A stretch of 64,000 nt of DNA from Chloroflexota bacterium. Its GTDB lineage: Bacteria; Chloroflexota; Limnocylindria; Limnocylindrales; CSP1-4. Shown in pieces: positions 35,497 to 45,289 of this stretch. Numbering within the stretch: the first letter of the stretch is position 1; every line of letters begins with the position of its first letter. The stretch spans positions 18,529-82,528 of the forward strand of contig VBFG01000041.1 of NCBI GenBank assembly GCA_005882635.1, in the 5' to 3' direction. Under the pieces are notes generated by a model that worked only from the letters and a program-made list of their open reading frames with translations, searched no databases and was not told the origin of the DNA. A program made the position numbers and the translations under genes.

Positions 35497-36616
35497 CCGC
35501 GGCCGAGTCGGCTTCGCGCCGGCCGAGGGCAGCGGCGACGGGCCGTGGACGCCGCCGGTCGACGGCGCGGAGCTCCTCGACGACCAGATCGCGGCAGGCC
35601 TCCTTCCGGCCCGCGACAAGCGGGCTCACAAGGGATCGTTCGGGAAGCTGCTCGTGATTGCCGGCTCCCTGGATTACGCCGGCGCGGCGCTCCTCGTCTG
35701 CCGCGCGGCGGGCCGGACCGGCGCGGGGCTCGTCACGCTGGCGGTCCCGGAATCGCTCCAGCCGCTGTTCGCCGCCAAGGTCGTCGAGGCGACGACGATG
35801 GCGCTGCCGGAGGACGACGTCGAGGAGATCGACCCCGAGCCGGCGCTCGCCAGGATCCTCGACCACGACCACGATGCGATCGTCGTCGGGCCCGGCCTCC
35901 GGCCGGGCCTCGCCACGGCAGAGCTCGTCCGGCTCCTGCTGGCGGCCGGCGACGACGGTGCCACCGCGCCGATCGTGCTCGACGCCGAGGCCCTCCGGTC
36001 CCTGGCGACGCAGGAGAGCTGGTGGGCGGGCGACCATCGGCCGTCGGTCCTGACGCCTCATGCCGGCGAGTTCGCCCGGCTCCGCGCGGGGAGCGGCCGA
36101 GAGCCGGAGGCGGACGGCGATCTTTCGACCGACGACGTCGCCCGGGCGACGGCGGCCCGGGACGCCGCCACGACGTGGGGCCAGGTCGTCGTCCTGAAGG
36201 GCGCGAAGACCGTGATCGCCGCCCCGGACGGGCGGGTCGCGGTCGCCCCGTTCGAGAACCCCGCACTGGCGAGCGGCGGGACGGGCGACGTCCTGAGCGG
36301 CGCGATCGGTTCGCTCCTGGCCCAGCGCGTCGCCCCGTTCGACGCCGCCCGGCTCGGTGTGTACCTCCACGGGCTTGCCGGCGACAGCGTCCGCGAGCGC
36401 CTCGGCGACTCGGGCCTGCTGGCCTCGGATCTGCCCGACCCGATCGCCATGGCCCGCAAGCGCCTTGCTGCCGTCGCCGAGCGGCGAGCCGCGGGCGCCC
36501 GCCTCGGATTCGGACTGCGCCTGCCGCCGGCGATGCCCGCCGCTGGTGACGAGGCCTCGCCGGGTGCGCCGACCGTCCCGACCGCCCCCAACGACCGCTC
36601 GAGGTCCGGGCCCTGA
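35489..36616 (+). CDS. nnrD: ADP-dependent NAD(P)H-hydrate dehydratase (YjeF C-terminal domain only)
   Basis: ...HKGSFGKLLVIAGSLDYAGAALL... and ...GGTGDVLSGAIGSLLAQ... motifs; GTG overlapping acpS end; exact start uncertain. Confidence 0.8.
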   Translation: MADRGRVGFAPAEGSGDGPWTPPVDGAELLDDQIAAGLLPARDKRAHKGSFGKLLVIAGSLDYAGAALLVCRAAGRTGAGLVTLAVPESLQPLFAAKVVEATTMALPEDDVEEIDPEPALARILDHDHDAIVVGPGLRPGLATAELVRLLLAAGDDGATAPIVLDAEALRSLATQESWWAGDHRPSVLTPHAGEFARLRAGSGREPEADGDLSTDDVARATAARDAATTWGQVVVLKGAKTVIAAPDGRVAVAPFENPALASGGTGDVLSGAIGSLLAQRVAPFDAARLGVYLHGLAGDSVRERLGDSGLLASDLPDPIAMARKRLAAVAERRAAGARLGFGLRLPPAMPAAGDEASPGAPTVPTAPNDRSRSGP

Positions 36617-36684
36617 CCGCGACCGGTGACCGCCCGTCGATCGAGACGCGCCTCGCGGCCGCCGGGCTGGCACCGCTCCGCAGG

Positions 36685-37869
36685 ATGGCCTGGATCGAGA
36701 TCGACCTCGACGCCGTCGCCCGCAACTTCCGGGCGATCGGGTCGATGGCGCAGGGTCAGGCGGTGATGCCCGTCGTCAAGGCGGAGGCGTACGGCCATGG
36801 GATGGTGCCGGTGGCCCGTGCCCTCGAGGCCGCGGGTGCGGCGACCCTGTGTGTGGCGACGCTCGATGAGGCGATCGCGCTCAGGACCGCAGGTCTGACC
36901 GGCGAGATCCTCGTCCTGTACCCGATCCCGCCGGCCGGCGTCATCGACGCCGTCCAGCATCGGCTGACGGTCGTCGGGGGCGGCCCGTCGGTCGTCGCGG
37001 CGACGCTCGCCGCGGCTGCCGACGCCGACGTCGCCGGCCGATTGTCGATCGAGCTCGAGGTGGAGACCGGCCTCGGCCGGGGTGGGGCGACGCCGGAGGA
37101 GGTCGTCGAGGTCGCCGCCGCGATCGTCGCCGCCGGTGCCCGCCTGAGCGGCGTCTGGACGCATCTCCAGGAGACCGAGGTCGAGCCCATCACCGCCGAG
37201 CAGGTGCGCCGGTTCGACGCCGCCCTCGGAGCGTTGGCCGCCGCCGGCATCGCCGTCGAGCGCCGCCACCTCGCCGCGAGCGCCGCGATCCTCCTCGGAT
37301 CGGTCCCGCGCTATGACGCCGTCCGACCCGGCCTGATCACGTACGGCCTCATCCCCGACGAGCTCACCGACGCCGGGTACGACGAGGCGTCCTTCGCGGC
37401 CGGGGCAGATCGGATCCGGCCGGCCCTCGCCCTCAAGGCGCGGCCGGTCCGGGTGGCCGACCTGCCGGCGGGGCACGGCGTGTCGTACGGCCCGACGTGG
37501 CGAGCGGGACGGCCCAGCCGGATCGCCACGCTGCCGCTCGGCTACGGCGACGGTTGGCCGCGGGCGCTGTCCAATCGATGCCAGGTCCTGGTCCGTGGCG
37601 TCCGCGTTCCGACCGTCGGGAACGTCGCGATGGACGCGACCATGATCGACGTCACGGACCTTCCCGGTCGGCCGGTCGACACCGACGACGAGGTCGTCCT
37701 GATCGGGCGTCAGGGCGACGCCGAGATCACCGCGGCCGAGGTGGCGCGATGGCGCAACACGAACTCCTGGGAGGTCGTCACGGCGATGTCCGGCCGATTG
37801 ACCCGGGTGTACGATGCGCCGGCCGGGCCGCCCGGTTCGCGCGCATTTCCCCCGCAGGAGACCCGTTGA
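36685..37869 (+). CDS. alr: alanine racemase
   Basis: PLP motif VVKAEAYGHG; 394 aa. Confidence 0.93.
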   Translation: MAWIEIDLDAVARNFRAIGSMAQGQAVMPVVKAEAYGHGMVPVARALEAAGAATLCVATLDEAIALRTAGLTGEILVLYPIPPAGVIDAVQHRLTVVGGGPSVVAATLAAAADADVAGRLSIELEVETGLGRGGATPEEVVEVAAAIVAAGARLSGVWTHLQETEVEPITAEQVRRFDAALGALAAAGIAVERRHLAASAAILLGSVPRYDAVRPGLITYGLIPDELTDAGYDEASFAAGADRIRPALALKARPVRVADLPAGHGVSYGPTWRAGRPSRIATLPLGYGDGWPRALSNRCQVLVRGVRVPTVGNVAMDATMIDVTDLPGRPVDTDDEVVLIGRQGDAEITAAEVARWRNTNSWEVVTAMSGRLTRVYDAPAGPPGSRAFPPQETR

Positions 37870-38426
37870 CTCGGATCGAACTCTGGAACGGCGACATCTG
37901 CGAACTCGAAGTCGACGCGATCGTGAACGCCGCCAACCTGTCGCTGTGGATGTCGACGGGAGTGGGTGGGGAGATCAAGCGGGCGGGCGGTGACGCGATC
38001 GAGTTCGCCGCGGTTCGCCAGGCCCCGGTCCCGCTCGGCGAGGCCGTCGTCACGCCGGCCGGCCGGCTGGCTGCGCGGGCGGTGATCCACGCCGTGTCGC
38101 TCGACCGCGATCGCCGAACGAGCGCCGAGGTCATCGATCGGGCCGTCCGGAGCGCGATGGCCCGCGCCCGCGAGATCCGGGCCAGGAGCATCGCCTTCCC
38201 GGCCATGGGGACGGGCGTCGGCGGCTTCCCGCTCGACGAGGCCGCCCGCGTGACCGTCCAGGCTGTCCGCAACGAGCTGCCCGCGTCGCCGATGATCGAG
38301 CACATCATCTTCGCGATGCGCGGGGCCGCCGCCTACCAGGCCTTCGAGGCGGCGCTCGCCGCGACCGCGCCGGCCGGGCCGCTGTCGTCGCCGGGCGCCG
38401 GAACCAGCCGGGCGATGTTGCTGTGA
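37866..38426 (+). CDS. macro-domain protein (YmdB/MacroD-like O-acetyl-ADP-ribose deacetylase)
   Basis: TTG 37866 overlapping alr TGA; ...ELEVDAIVNAANLSLWMSTGVGGEIKRAGG... macro-domain signature; the ORF-track start 37497 is an extension into alr. Confidence 0.75.
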   Translation: MTRIELWNGDICELEVDAIVNAANLSLWMSTGVGGEIKRAGGDAIEFAAVRQAPVPLGEAVVTPAGRLAARAVIHAVSLDRDRRTSAEVIDRAVRSAMARAREIRARSIAFPAMGTGVGGFPLDEAARVTVQAVRNELPASPMIEHIIFAMRGAAAYQAFEAALAATAPAGPLSSPGAGTSRAMLL

Positions 38427-38713
38427 GCCTGTCCTACGAGCGCACGGACGAGCAGCGCGACGAGCTGGTCGAGCGCGTCGCCCGCGAGATCCAGCTGCGC
38501 GGCCTGACCGGCCCCGCCGTCCATTTCCTCGAGGCGAGCCGCCCGTACCGGCCGCTCGGGGCGAACGCGATGCTCTTCTTCGACCCGGTCCTCCGCGGGC
38601 TGTTCGGCGGCGACGACGCGTCGGCGTCGCTGATCCTCGCCGACGACGCAGGCATCGAGCTGCTGATCGCGCGGCTCGAGGAGATCGACGAAGAGATCAC
38701 CTGGGACGCCTAG
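38423..38713 (+). CDS. hypothetical protein (96 aa, acidic)
   Basis: GTGA overlap with macro gene stop; no recognisable motif; ends ...LLIARLEEIDEEITWDA. Confidence 0.45.
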   Translation: MSLSYERTDEQRDELVERVAREIQLRGLTGPAVHFLEASRPYRPLGANAMLFFDPVLRGLFGGDDASASLILADDAGIELLIARLEEIDEEITWDA

Positions 38714-38768
38714 CGCCGGCATCGCCTCGGTCGCGGCCGCCTCCCGCGCCGCCCGGTAGCATGGGTCC

Positions 38769-40403
38769 ATGACTTCCGATCCCCGCGCGTTCCTGGCCGT
38801 GGACCAGGGCGCCGCAACGACGTCGGCTGCGCTCATCGGCCGGCTCGCCCATCGCTGGCGCGTCATCGGCTCCCTGGCGACGCCGGCGCCGGGCGACGTC
38901 GACGCGATCGGAACCGAGCTCGTCCGGCGGGTCCACGCAGCCGATCCCGACCTCGCCGACGGCCTCGGCCTGACGATCGCCGGCGCGCCGGCCGGCATCG
39001 CCGAGCTCGCCTCGGACCTCCCCCGTCTCGTCGCGCGCAGCGCTCCGGCGCGGACGCTGCTGGCCATGGCCGTGTCCGACCGGGCCCTCGAGCCGCTGGC
39101 GACCGCCGCCCGCAAGACGGGCTGGCGGACGCGGGGCGCGTCCCTCGACGGGCGCGATCCCCTCCAGCTGACGGCGGCGATCCTCGACCGGGACGTCGAC
39201 GTGATCCTCGTCGGCGCCGGCGATCCGCCGGGGGCCGACGAACGACGCCAGCTCGACGAGCTCGGGGCCGTGGTCGCCGGGGCCGTCGCCCGGCGCCCGG
39301 AGCTCACGGTGATCCTCGCCGGTGCGATGGCGGACCAGCTCGCTCGGATCGAGCCGGGCGGCGCCGAGCGCGGTGGCGAGATCCTCCTCGGACCGCCGGC
39401 CACGGCGGGCGACCCGCCCGGCGACCCGCTCCAGCGCCTGCTCGACGACGTTCGCGGCGGTCCGGATGACCCGCGCCGGGCGGCGGGCCGCATCACCGCC
39501 GCCCTCGCCGACGTCCTCGACCGGCGGATCGAGCTGATCGAGATCGGCTTCGACGGCGGCCTGCGGGCAACAGCGAGCCCGGGCGTCGAGGGCGGCGAAG
39601 GGACGTCGCAGGTCTCGATCGTGGCGGATGCGGCGCTCGTGCCGCCCGATCCCGACGACGTGACGGTCGACCGGGTCCTCGCCTGGGCGACGATCTCGCT
39701 GGATCGGCACCGCCTGCGCGACCGCCTGCGCGAGCTCCGCCTCTGGCCCTGGTCGGGGATCGCCGGCGACGGGGCGCGGCTCCGGCTCGCGGCCGCCCGC
39801 GCCGCGCTGGGCGTGCTCATCGATGCGACGCCCGACCAGTCGGCCCTGCCCGCGCCGGACCTGGTGGTGATCGCCGGTGGCGCGTTCGCGGCGGCGCCCG
39901 GCCCGGCCGTCGCGCTCGCGCTCGCCGACGTCGTTCGCCGCCCGGCGGCGGTCGCCATCGCCCAGGACCACGCGCGGCTCCTCGGGGCCCTCGGCGTGAT
40001 CCCGGATCCGATCGAACGGCGCCAGGCGCTGGCGGACCTCGTCGACGACGTCCTGGCGCCGCTCGGCAGCGTCGTCATTCCCGCCGGGATCCGGGCCGGC
40101 GCGAGCGCCGGCCGGTTGACGATTCACGCCGGAACCGGCGCGTCGGACAGCGACCTGGTGCCGGGCGGCCTCGAGCTCGTCGACCTGCCGCCGGGCGAGG
40201 TCGCCACCGCCGAGTTCGCGTTCCGCGACTCGGTCCGGCTGGGCGCCCGCGGCCGGCGCTTCGCGGTCGACGTGGCCGGCGGGCTGGGCGGTCTCCTGGT
40301 GGACCTGCGGGACGTCCCGCTCCGGCTGCCCGATCGCCCCGAGCGGCGGCGCGAGCTGCTCGACGCCTGGCAGGAGTCGCTGTGGGTGACGCGCGACCGA
40401 TGA
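38769..40403 (+). CDS. hypothetical protein (544 aa) with N-terminal ASKHA-like phosphate-1 motif
   Basis: N-terminus AFLAVDQGAATTSAALIGRL resembles the DxGxT(T/S) motif of actin-fold ATPases (hydantoinase/MutL-like); no TM segments; TAGCAT hexamer 6 nt upstream of the ATG. Confidence 0.5.
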   Translation: MTSDPRAFLAVDQGAATTSAALIGRLAHRWRVIGSLATPAPGDVDAIGTELVRRVHAADPDLADGLGLTIAGAPAGIAELASDLPRLVARSAPARTLLAMAVSDRALEPLATAARKTGWRTRGASLDGRDPLQLTAAILDRDVDVILVGAGDPPGADERRQLDELGAVVAGAVARRPELTVILAGAMADQLARIEPGGAERGGEILLGPPATAGDPPGDPLQRLLDDVRGGPDDPRRAAGRITAALADVLDRRIELIEIGFDGGLRATASPGVEGGEGTSQVSIVADAALVPPDPDDVTVDRVLAWATISLDRHRLRDRLRELRLWPWSGIAGDGARLRLAAARAALGVLIDATPDQSALPAPDLVVIAGGAFAAAPGPAVALALADVVRRPAAVAIAQDHARLLGALGVIPDPIERRQALADLVDDVLAPLGSVVIPAGIRAGASAGRLTIHAGTGASDSDLVPGGLELVDLPPGEVATAEFAFRDSVRLGARGRRFAVDVAGGLGGLLVDLRDVPLRLPDRPERRRELLDAWQESLWVTRDR

Positions 40404-41467
40404 CGGCGACGGCACGAGCCGGCGGGAACGGGGCGACGTCACGGCCGCACGGGCGCGGCCTTGACCTCGTCGCCCGCCGGTCGTTGCTGAGCGACGTCGC
40501 CGAGGTCGGGTTCCGTCTGGCACCAGGCGATCGCCCGCTGGTCGCTGCCGGAGACGCCATCGTCGCCGGCACGACGATCGCGGAACGCGTCCGCGATCCA
40601 CACCTCGTCGACGTGCCGGCTGCCGCGGCCGATCCGGACGCCCGCTCGGGCGATCGGTGGTCCAGCGTGGGCCGGCCGCTGGCGCGCGTCCGCCGCGGGA
40701 ACGAGACGGAGATCGGTGAGCTCATCTACGAGCACGGCGGGCGCTGGCGGCTCGCGGTCGGCGAGCATCTCGAGCCGATCGACTGCCCGGTCGCCGGCGT
40801 GGTCCGCGAGATCCGACCCGGCATCGGCATCCGTGTCCGGGCGGAGGGTCGGGCATTGCCCGGAGTGGAGGCCCTCGGCGATCCGACGAACGGCCGGCTA
40901 TCGCTCGGAAGCGATCGCGGTGACATCCGCTACGGACGCTTGCGATCGACGTCGCTCGACGTCGGCCTGGCCGGGACGATCCTCGTGATCGGGTCCCGCG
41001 TCGACGCCGAGGCCCTCACCCGAGCCCGCGCGATGGGCGTCCGTGGCGTCGTCGTCAGCGGGCTCGCCGGCAAGGAGCGGCGGGACTTCCTCGCCTCCGA
41101 GGCGCGACAGCGTGCGTCCCTGCACCGGCTCCCACCGTTCGCGGTCTTGATCCTCGACGGGGTCATCCGCCGGCCCATTGCCGGTCCGATCGCGGCGGTC
41201 CTCGAGGCCCTTGCCGGGTCGACCGTCGCGATCTCGGTCGATCCGCCGGCCCTCGTGTTCGACGCCCCGAAGGTCCGAGTCGACCCGCCACCGGCGGAGC
41301 ACGTCCGTGTCCGCTCCGGCGAGCACGCCGGCGAGGAGGGCCGCTGGGCCGGCCTGGCGGGGATCCGCCGCTTCGCCGGCGGGACGTTCCTCGAGGCCGG
41401 CTGGGTGGTCTTCGGCGACGATCCGCCGCGCCCCGTGCCGCTGGCGGATCTCGAGCGGTTCGTCTGA
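40400..41467 (+). CDS. hypothetical protein (~355 aa)
   Basis: ATG 40400 forms an ATGA overlap with the preceding stop (GTG 40382 is an alternative); no recognisable motifs by eye. Confidence 0.45.
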   Translation: MTATARAGGNGATSRPHGRGLDLVARRSLLSDVAEVGFRLAPGDRPLVAAGDAIVAGTTIAERVRDPHLVDVPAAAADPDARSGDRWSSVGRPLARVRRGNETEIGELIYEHGGRWRLAVGEHLEPIDCPVAGVVREIRPGIGIRVRAEGRALPGVEALGDPTNGRLSLGSDRGDIRYGRLRSTSLDVGLAGTILVIGSRVDAEALTRARAMGVRGVVVSGLAGKERRDFLASEARQRASLHRLPPFAVLILDGVIRRPIAGPIAAVLEALAGSTVAISVDPPALVFDAPKVRVDPPPAEHVRVRSGEHAGEEGRWAGLAGIRRFAGGTFLEAGWVVFGDDPPRPVPLADLERFV

Positions 41468-41469
41468 CG

Positions 41470-41985
41470 ATGGCCGGCCGGCTGGCCGGCGCGGCGGCCG
41501 CTGGGTCGGGTGCCGCCGCCGCCACGATCGATCGGGCTCGGGTCGAGTCGACGTCTGCCGCCGACACCGTGGATCTGGGCGCGCGGCTCGGCAGCGTCGC
41601 CCGCGCCGGCGACCTCGTCTGCCTGTGGGGCGAGCTCGGTGCGGGCAAGACGCAGCTCGCGAAGGGCATCGCGCGAGGCCTCGGCGTGGTCGACACCGTC
41701 AACTCGCCGACGTTCGTGTTGATGGCCGAGTACACCGGGCGGCTGCCGCTCTTCCACGTCGACCTCTACCGGCTGGCCGATGCGTCCGATGCGCTGGCGG
41801 GGGGCGTGGTCGACGACCGCCAGGAGGACGGGCTGACCGTGGTCGAGTGGCCCGACCGGCTCGGCTCGGTGCTGCCCGCGGCCCGCCTCGACGTCGAGAT
41901 CGACGGGACCGGCGACGAGCCGCGGGCGATCGACGTGGTCGCCCGCGATCCGCGGTATCGCCGCTATGTCGAGGCAGCCCGATGA
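41470..41985 (+). CDS. tsaE: tRNA threonylcarbamoyladenosine biosynthesis ATPase TsaE
   Basis: Walker A GELGAGKTQLAKGIARGLGV and ...NSPTFVLMAEY... typical of YjeE/TsaE. Confidence 0.88.
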   Translation: MAGRLAGAAAAGSGAAAATIDRARVESTSAADTVDLGARLGSVARAGDLVCLWGELGAGKTQLAKGIARGLGVVDTVNSPTFVLMAEYTGRLPLFHVDLYRLADASDALAGGVVDDRQEDGLTVVEWPDRLGSVLPAARLDVEIDGTGDEPRAIDVVARDPRYRRYVEAAR

Positions 41986-42698
41986 CGGCCGACCGACCGG
42001 CTCCGGCGAGCAGGTCACCGAGCGACGGCCGGAGGCCGTGGCTCCTCGCGATCGATACCGCCACGAGCCAGGTCGTCGTCGCCGCGGCCGCACTCGACGG
42101 GACGCTGCTGGGCGCGACGACCTGGGCGGCCGGTCGGACGCACGGCGCGCAGTTGCTCCCCGCGGTCGGGCGGCTCCACGGCGAGGCGAACCTGCGCCGA
42201 TCGCGGATCCGCGGCGTGATCGTCGGGACGGGACCGGGCGCGTTCACCGGGTTGCGGGTCGGGCTCGCCACCGCCAAGGCGATCGCCCACGAGCTCGGCG
42301 TGCCGATCGTCGGCGTGTCGACCGGCGAGGCGTTGCTGCGCGCGGCGGCGACCGGTCATCTCGAGGATGTCGTCCTCCTGTTGCCGGCCGGACCGAACGA
42401 CCGCCACGTCGTGCGCGCCGGCCAGTCACCCCGCCTGCTGCCCGGCGGCACCGACCCGGACCTCGCCCCGACCGACGTGCTCGTCGCGGTCGACCTCGAT
42501 GGCCGGGCACCCGACGACGCCGTGGAGCGCGGGGAGCGGGCGCGGCGCGGCCTGGCGGCCGAGCTGGTCGCCATCGGCGTCCCCCGCCTGGCGCACGGTG
42601 GTGACGACCTGGCGCGGCTCGTCCCGGAGTACGTGACGCTGCCGCGCGGCGTCAGCGCAGAGAGCGGAGAGGTCGCATGGTCGCGCGACCCCCGCTGA
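41982..42698 (+). CDS. tsaB: tRNA t6A biosynthesis protein TsaB (YeaZ)
   Basis: ATG 41982 (ATGA overlap with tsaE); ...WLLAIDTATSQVVVAAA... and ...IVGTGPGAFTGLRVGLATAKAIA...; the ORF-track 41178 start is an artefact. Confidence 0.85.
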   Translation: MTADRPAPASRSPSDGRRPWLLAIDTATSQVVVAAAALDGTLLGATTWAAGRTHGAQLLPAVGRLHGEANLRRSRIRGVIVGTGPGAFTGLRVGLATAKAIAHELGVPIVGVSTGEALLRAAATGHLEDVVLLLPAGPNDRHVVRAGQSPRLLPGGTDPDLAPTDVLVAVDLDGRAPDDAVERGERARRGLAAELVAIGVPRLAHGGDDLARLVPEYVTLPRGVSAESGEVAWSRDPR

Positions 42699-43288
42699 AG
42701 GTCCTCATCGAGGCGATGCGCCTCGAGGACCTCGACGAGGTCGAACGGATCGAGGAGGCCAGCTTCACGACGCCCTGGCCTCCGAACGCCTACCGCAGCG
42801 AGCTGATGACGAACCGGCTCGCGTCGTATCTCGTCGCCCGGGTCGATGGCCGGATCGTCGCCTATGGCGGGATGTGGCTGATGGTCGACGAGGCCCACAT
42901 CACCACGTTTGCGGTCCATCCCGCCTGGCGCCGCCAGCGGCTCGGCGAGCGGCTGCTCCTCGCCTTCCTCGACCTCGCTCGCGACCGCGCTGCCCGGGAG
43001 GTGACCCTCGAGGTCCGCCTGTCGAACCTGGGCGCCCGGCGGCTGTACGAGAAATATGGCTTCCGGCCGGTCGGGCTGCGGCCGCGCTACTACAGCGACA
43101 ACAACGAGGACGCGCTGATCATGACGACCGAGCCGCTCGACAATCCGCGGCTCCGAGCCCGGATCGAACGCCTCCGGGTCGCCCTCGACGACGCCCCGCC
43201 GCCATCGGGTCCGTTCGAGCCGGACGAGGATCCGACGATCGGCGACCACGTGGCGCCACCGGCGCCACCTCCCTCGGCCGACCGATGA
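42677..43288 (+). CDS. rimI: ribosomal-protein-alanine N-acetyltransferase (GNAT)
   Basis: GNAT motifs ...HITTFAVHPAWRRQRLGERLL...; an alternative ATG at 42716 would remove the 22-nt overlap with tsaB. Confidence 0.8.
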   Translation: MVARPPLKVLIEAMRLEDLDEVERIEEASFTTPWPPNAYRSELMTNRLASYLVARVDGRIVAYGGMWLMVDEAHITTFAVHPAWRRQRLGERLLLAFLDLARDRAAREVTLEVRLSNLGARRLYEKYGFRPVGLRPRYYSDNNEDALIMTTEPLDNPRLRARIERLRVALDDAPPPSGPFEPDEDPTIGDHVAPPAPPPSADR

Positions 43289-44382
43289 CCGCGCCCGTGG
43301 ACGACGCGCTCATCCTGTCGGTGGAGTCGTCCTGCGACGAGACCGGCATCGCCGTGACGCGCGGTGGCCGGTCGATCCTGTCGAACGTCGTCGCCAGCCA
43401 GACCGCGCTCCATGCCGTGTCCGGCGGGATCGTCCCCGAGGTGGCCGCCCGGGCCCACCTCCGTTGGATCGTGCCGGTCCTCGATCAGGCGCTGGGCGAC
43501 GCCGCCGTCACGGTCGACGACGTGGACGCCGTCGCGGTGACCTACGGACCGGGCCTCGCGGGCTCCCTGCTCGTCGGCCTGAACTTCGCCAAGACCCTGG
43601 CCTGGGTCCACGACAAGCCGCTCGTCGGGGTCAACCACCTCGAGGGCCACCTGTACGCGGCCTGGCTCCACGACGGGGCGAACGGCGGGGACACCGGGGA
43701 GCCCGTCTTCCCGCTCGTCGCCCTGATCGTGTCCGGCGGCCACACCTTCCTCGTGGAGATGCCCGATCACCTGACCTATCGACTGCTCGGCCAGACGGTC
43801 GACGATGCCGCCGGCGAGGCGTTCGACAAGGTCGGCCGGCTCCTCGGGCTGGCATACCCCGGCGGACCGGCGATCTCCCGCGCGGCCGAGGCCGCGACCC
43901 GCCACGACGCCGCGTTCCCGCGGGCATGGCTGGGCGACACCTACAACTTCAGCTTCAGCGGCCTGAAGACCGCGGCGCGGCGGACGATCGACGTGGCACG
44001 GGCCGACGAGGGCCTGCCGACCGGCAAGGCCGCCGAGGCCGAGCCGGCGGCCCGCCTGTCCGCTGCCGCCACGGCCGAGCTGTCGTGGGGCTTCCAGGAT
44101 TCGATCGTCGACGTCCTGGTGACGAAGACCATTCGTGCCGCCGAGTCGAGCCGCGCTCGGTCGATCGTCCTCGGCGGCGGCGTGGCTGCGAACTCCGCCC
44201 TTCGGACGCGCCTCGCCGGCGAGGCCGAGGCGCTCGGCCTGCCGCTGATCGTGCCGCGGCCGGCGCTGTGCACCGACAACGGAGCGATGATCGGCGCCGC
44301 GGGCGCCCGCCGGTTCGCCGCCGGCGAGCGGGCCGATCTGTCGCTGGACGCGCGGCCGTCGCTGCCGCTCGCCCGTCGCTGA
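43285..44382 (+). CDS. tsaD: tRNA N6-adenosine threonylcarbamoyltransferase TsaD
   Basis: ATG 43285 (ATGA overlap with rimI); ...LSVESSCDETGIAVT... and ...GVNHLEGHLYAAWL... Kae1/TsaD signatures. Confidence 0.9.
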   Translation: MTAPVDDALILSVESSCDETGIAVTRGGRSILSNVVASQTALHAVSGGIVPEVAARAHLRWIVPVLDQALGDAAVTVDDVDAVAVTYGPGLAGSLLVGLNFAKTLAWVHDKPLVGVNHLEGHLYAAWLHDGANGGDTGEPVFPLVALIVSGGHTFLVEMPDHLTYRLLGQTVDDAAGEAFDKVGRLLGLAYPGGPAISRAAEAATRHDAAFPRAWLGDTYNFSFSGLKTAARRTIDVARADEGLPTGKAAEAEPAARLSAAATAELSWGFQDSIVDVLVTKTIRAAESSRARSIVLGGGVAANSALRTRLAGEAEALGLPLIVPRPALCTDNGAMIGAAGARRFAAGERADLSLDARPSLPLARR

Positions 44383-44401
44383 GACGTCGAGGATCATCGC
44401 G

Positions 44402-45289
44402 GTGGGCGCCAGCCGGACCCGGATCGACCCGGCGAGCGTTCGCCGGACGATGCGCGACGCGGGCCTCCGCGCCCGCCACAGCCTGAGCCAGAACTTCCTG
44501 GCCGACACCGACGTCCTCGAGGCGATCCTCGCCGAGGCCGCGCCCGGTCCGGGAGCGGGCATCCTCGAGATCGGCCCGGGTCTCGGCCTCCTGACCGGCG
44601 GTCTCCTCGACGCCGGAGCCCGGGTGACGGCGGTCGAGCTCGACCGGGGCCTCGCCGCCTTCCTCCGCGAGCGGTTCGATGACGAGCTGGCGGACGGCCG
44701 GCTGCGACTGATCGAAGGCGACGCGCTCGACGAGGACCTGACGCGGCTCGTGCCCCCTCCGTACCAGGTCGTGGCGAACCTGCCCTACCACATCACGAGC
44801 CCGATCATGCATCGCCTGCTCGGCGAGCCGCCGCGGCCGGAACGGCTGGTGCTGATGGTCCAGCGGGAGGTCGCGGCGCGGATCGCCGCCGAGCCGGGCG
44901 CCATGAGCTATCTCTCGGTCTTCGTCCAGTACCACGCCCGCGTCCGGATCGCGATCGACGTCCCGCCCGAGGCGTTCGAGCCGGAGCCGGCGGTCCGATC
45001 CGCAGTCATCATCGTCGAGCCGTACCCGGACGACGATCGCCTCGCGGACCCGGCCGACGAGGACGCCCTGTGGCGGCTCGTCCAGGCGGCGTTCCGCGAG
45101 CGCCGCAAGATGCTCCACAACGTCCTCGCCCGGCAGCTCCCCCTCGAGCCGGCACGGGTCGCGGCCGCGCTCGCGACGGCCGCGATCGACCCGGACCGCC
45201 GGCCACAGACGCTCGCCGTCGGCGAGTGGCTGCGCCTGCTCTCGGCACTCGGCGAGATCGGCACCGACCGGCGTGGGGCACGGGCGTGA
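44402..45289 (+). CDS. rsmA: 16S rRNA (adenine1518/1519-N6)-dimethyltransferase
   Basis: ...HSLSQNFLADTDVLEAI... and EIGPGLGLLT SAM motif; alternative start ATG 44450. Confidence 0.88.
   Translation: MGASRTRIDPASVRRTMRDAGLRARHSLSQNFLADTDVLEAILAEAAPGPGAGILEIGPGLGLLTGGLLDAGARVTAVELDRGLAAFLRERFDDELADGRLRLIEGDALDEDLTRLVPPPYQVVANLPYHITSPIMHRLLGEPPRPERLVLMVQREVAARIAAEPGAMSYLSVFVQYHARVRIAIDVPPEAFEPEPAVRSAVIIVEPYPDDDRLADPADEDALWRLVQAAFRERRKMLHNVLARQLPLEPARVAAALATAAIDPDRRPQTLAVGEWLRLLSALGEIGTDRRGARA

Noticed and set aside
41178-42698. 506-aa ORF spanning tsaE and tsaB
   Set aside because: Only the last 238 codons (from ATG 41982) match TsaB; the upstream part is an alternate frame of tsaE.
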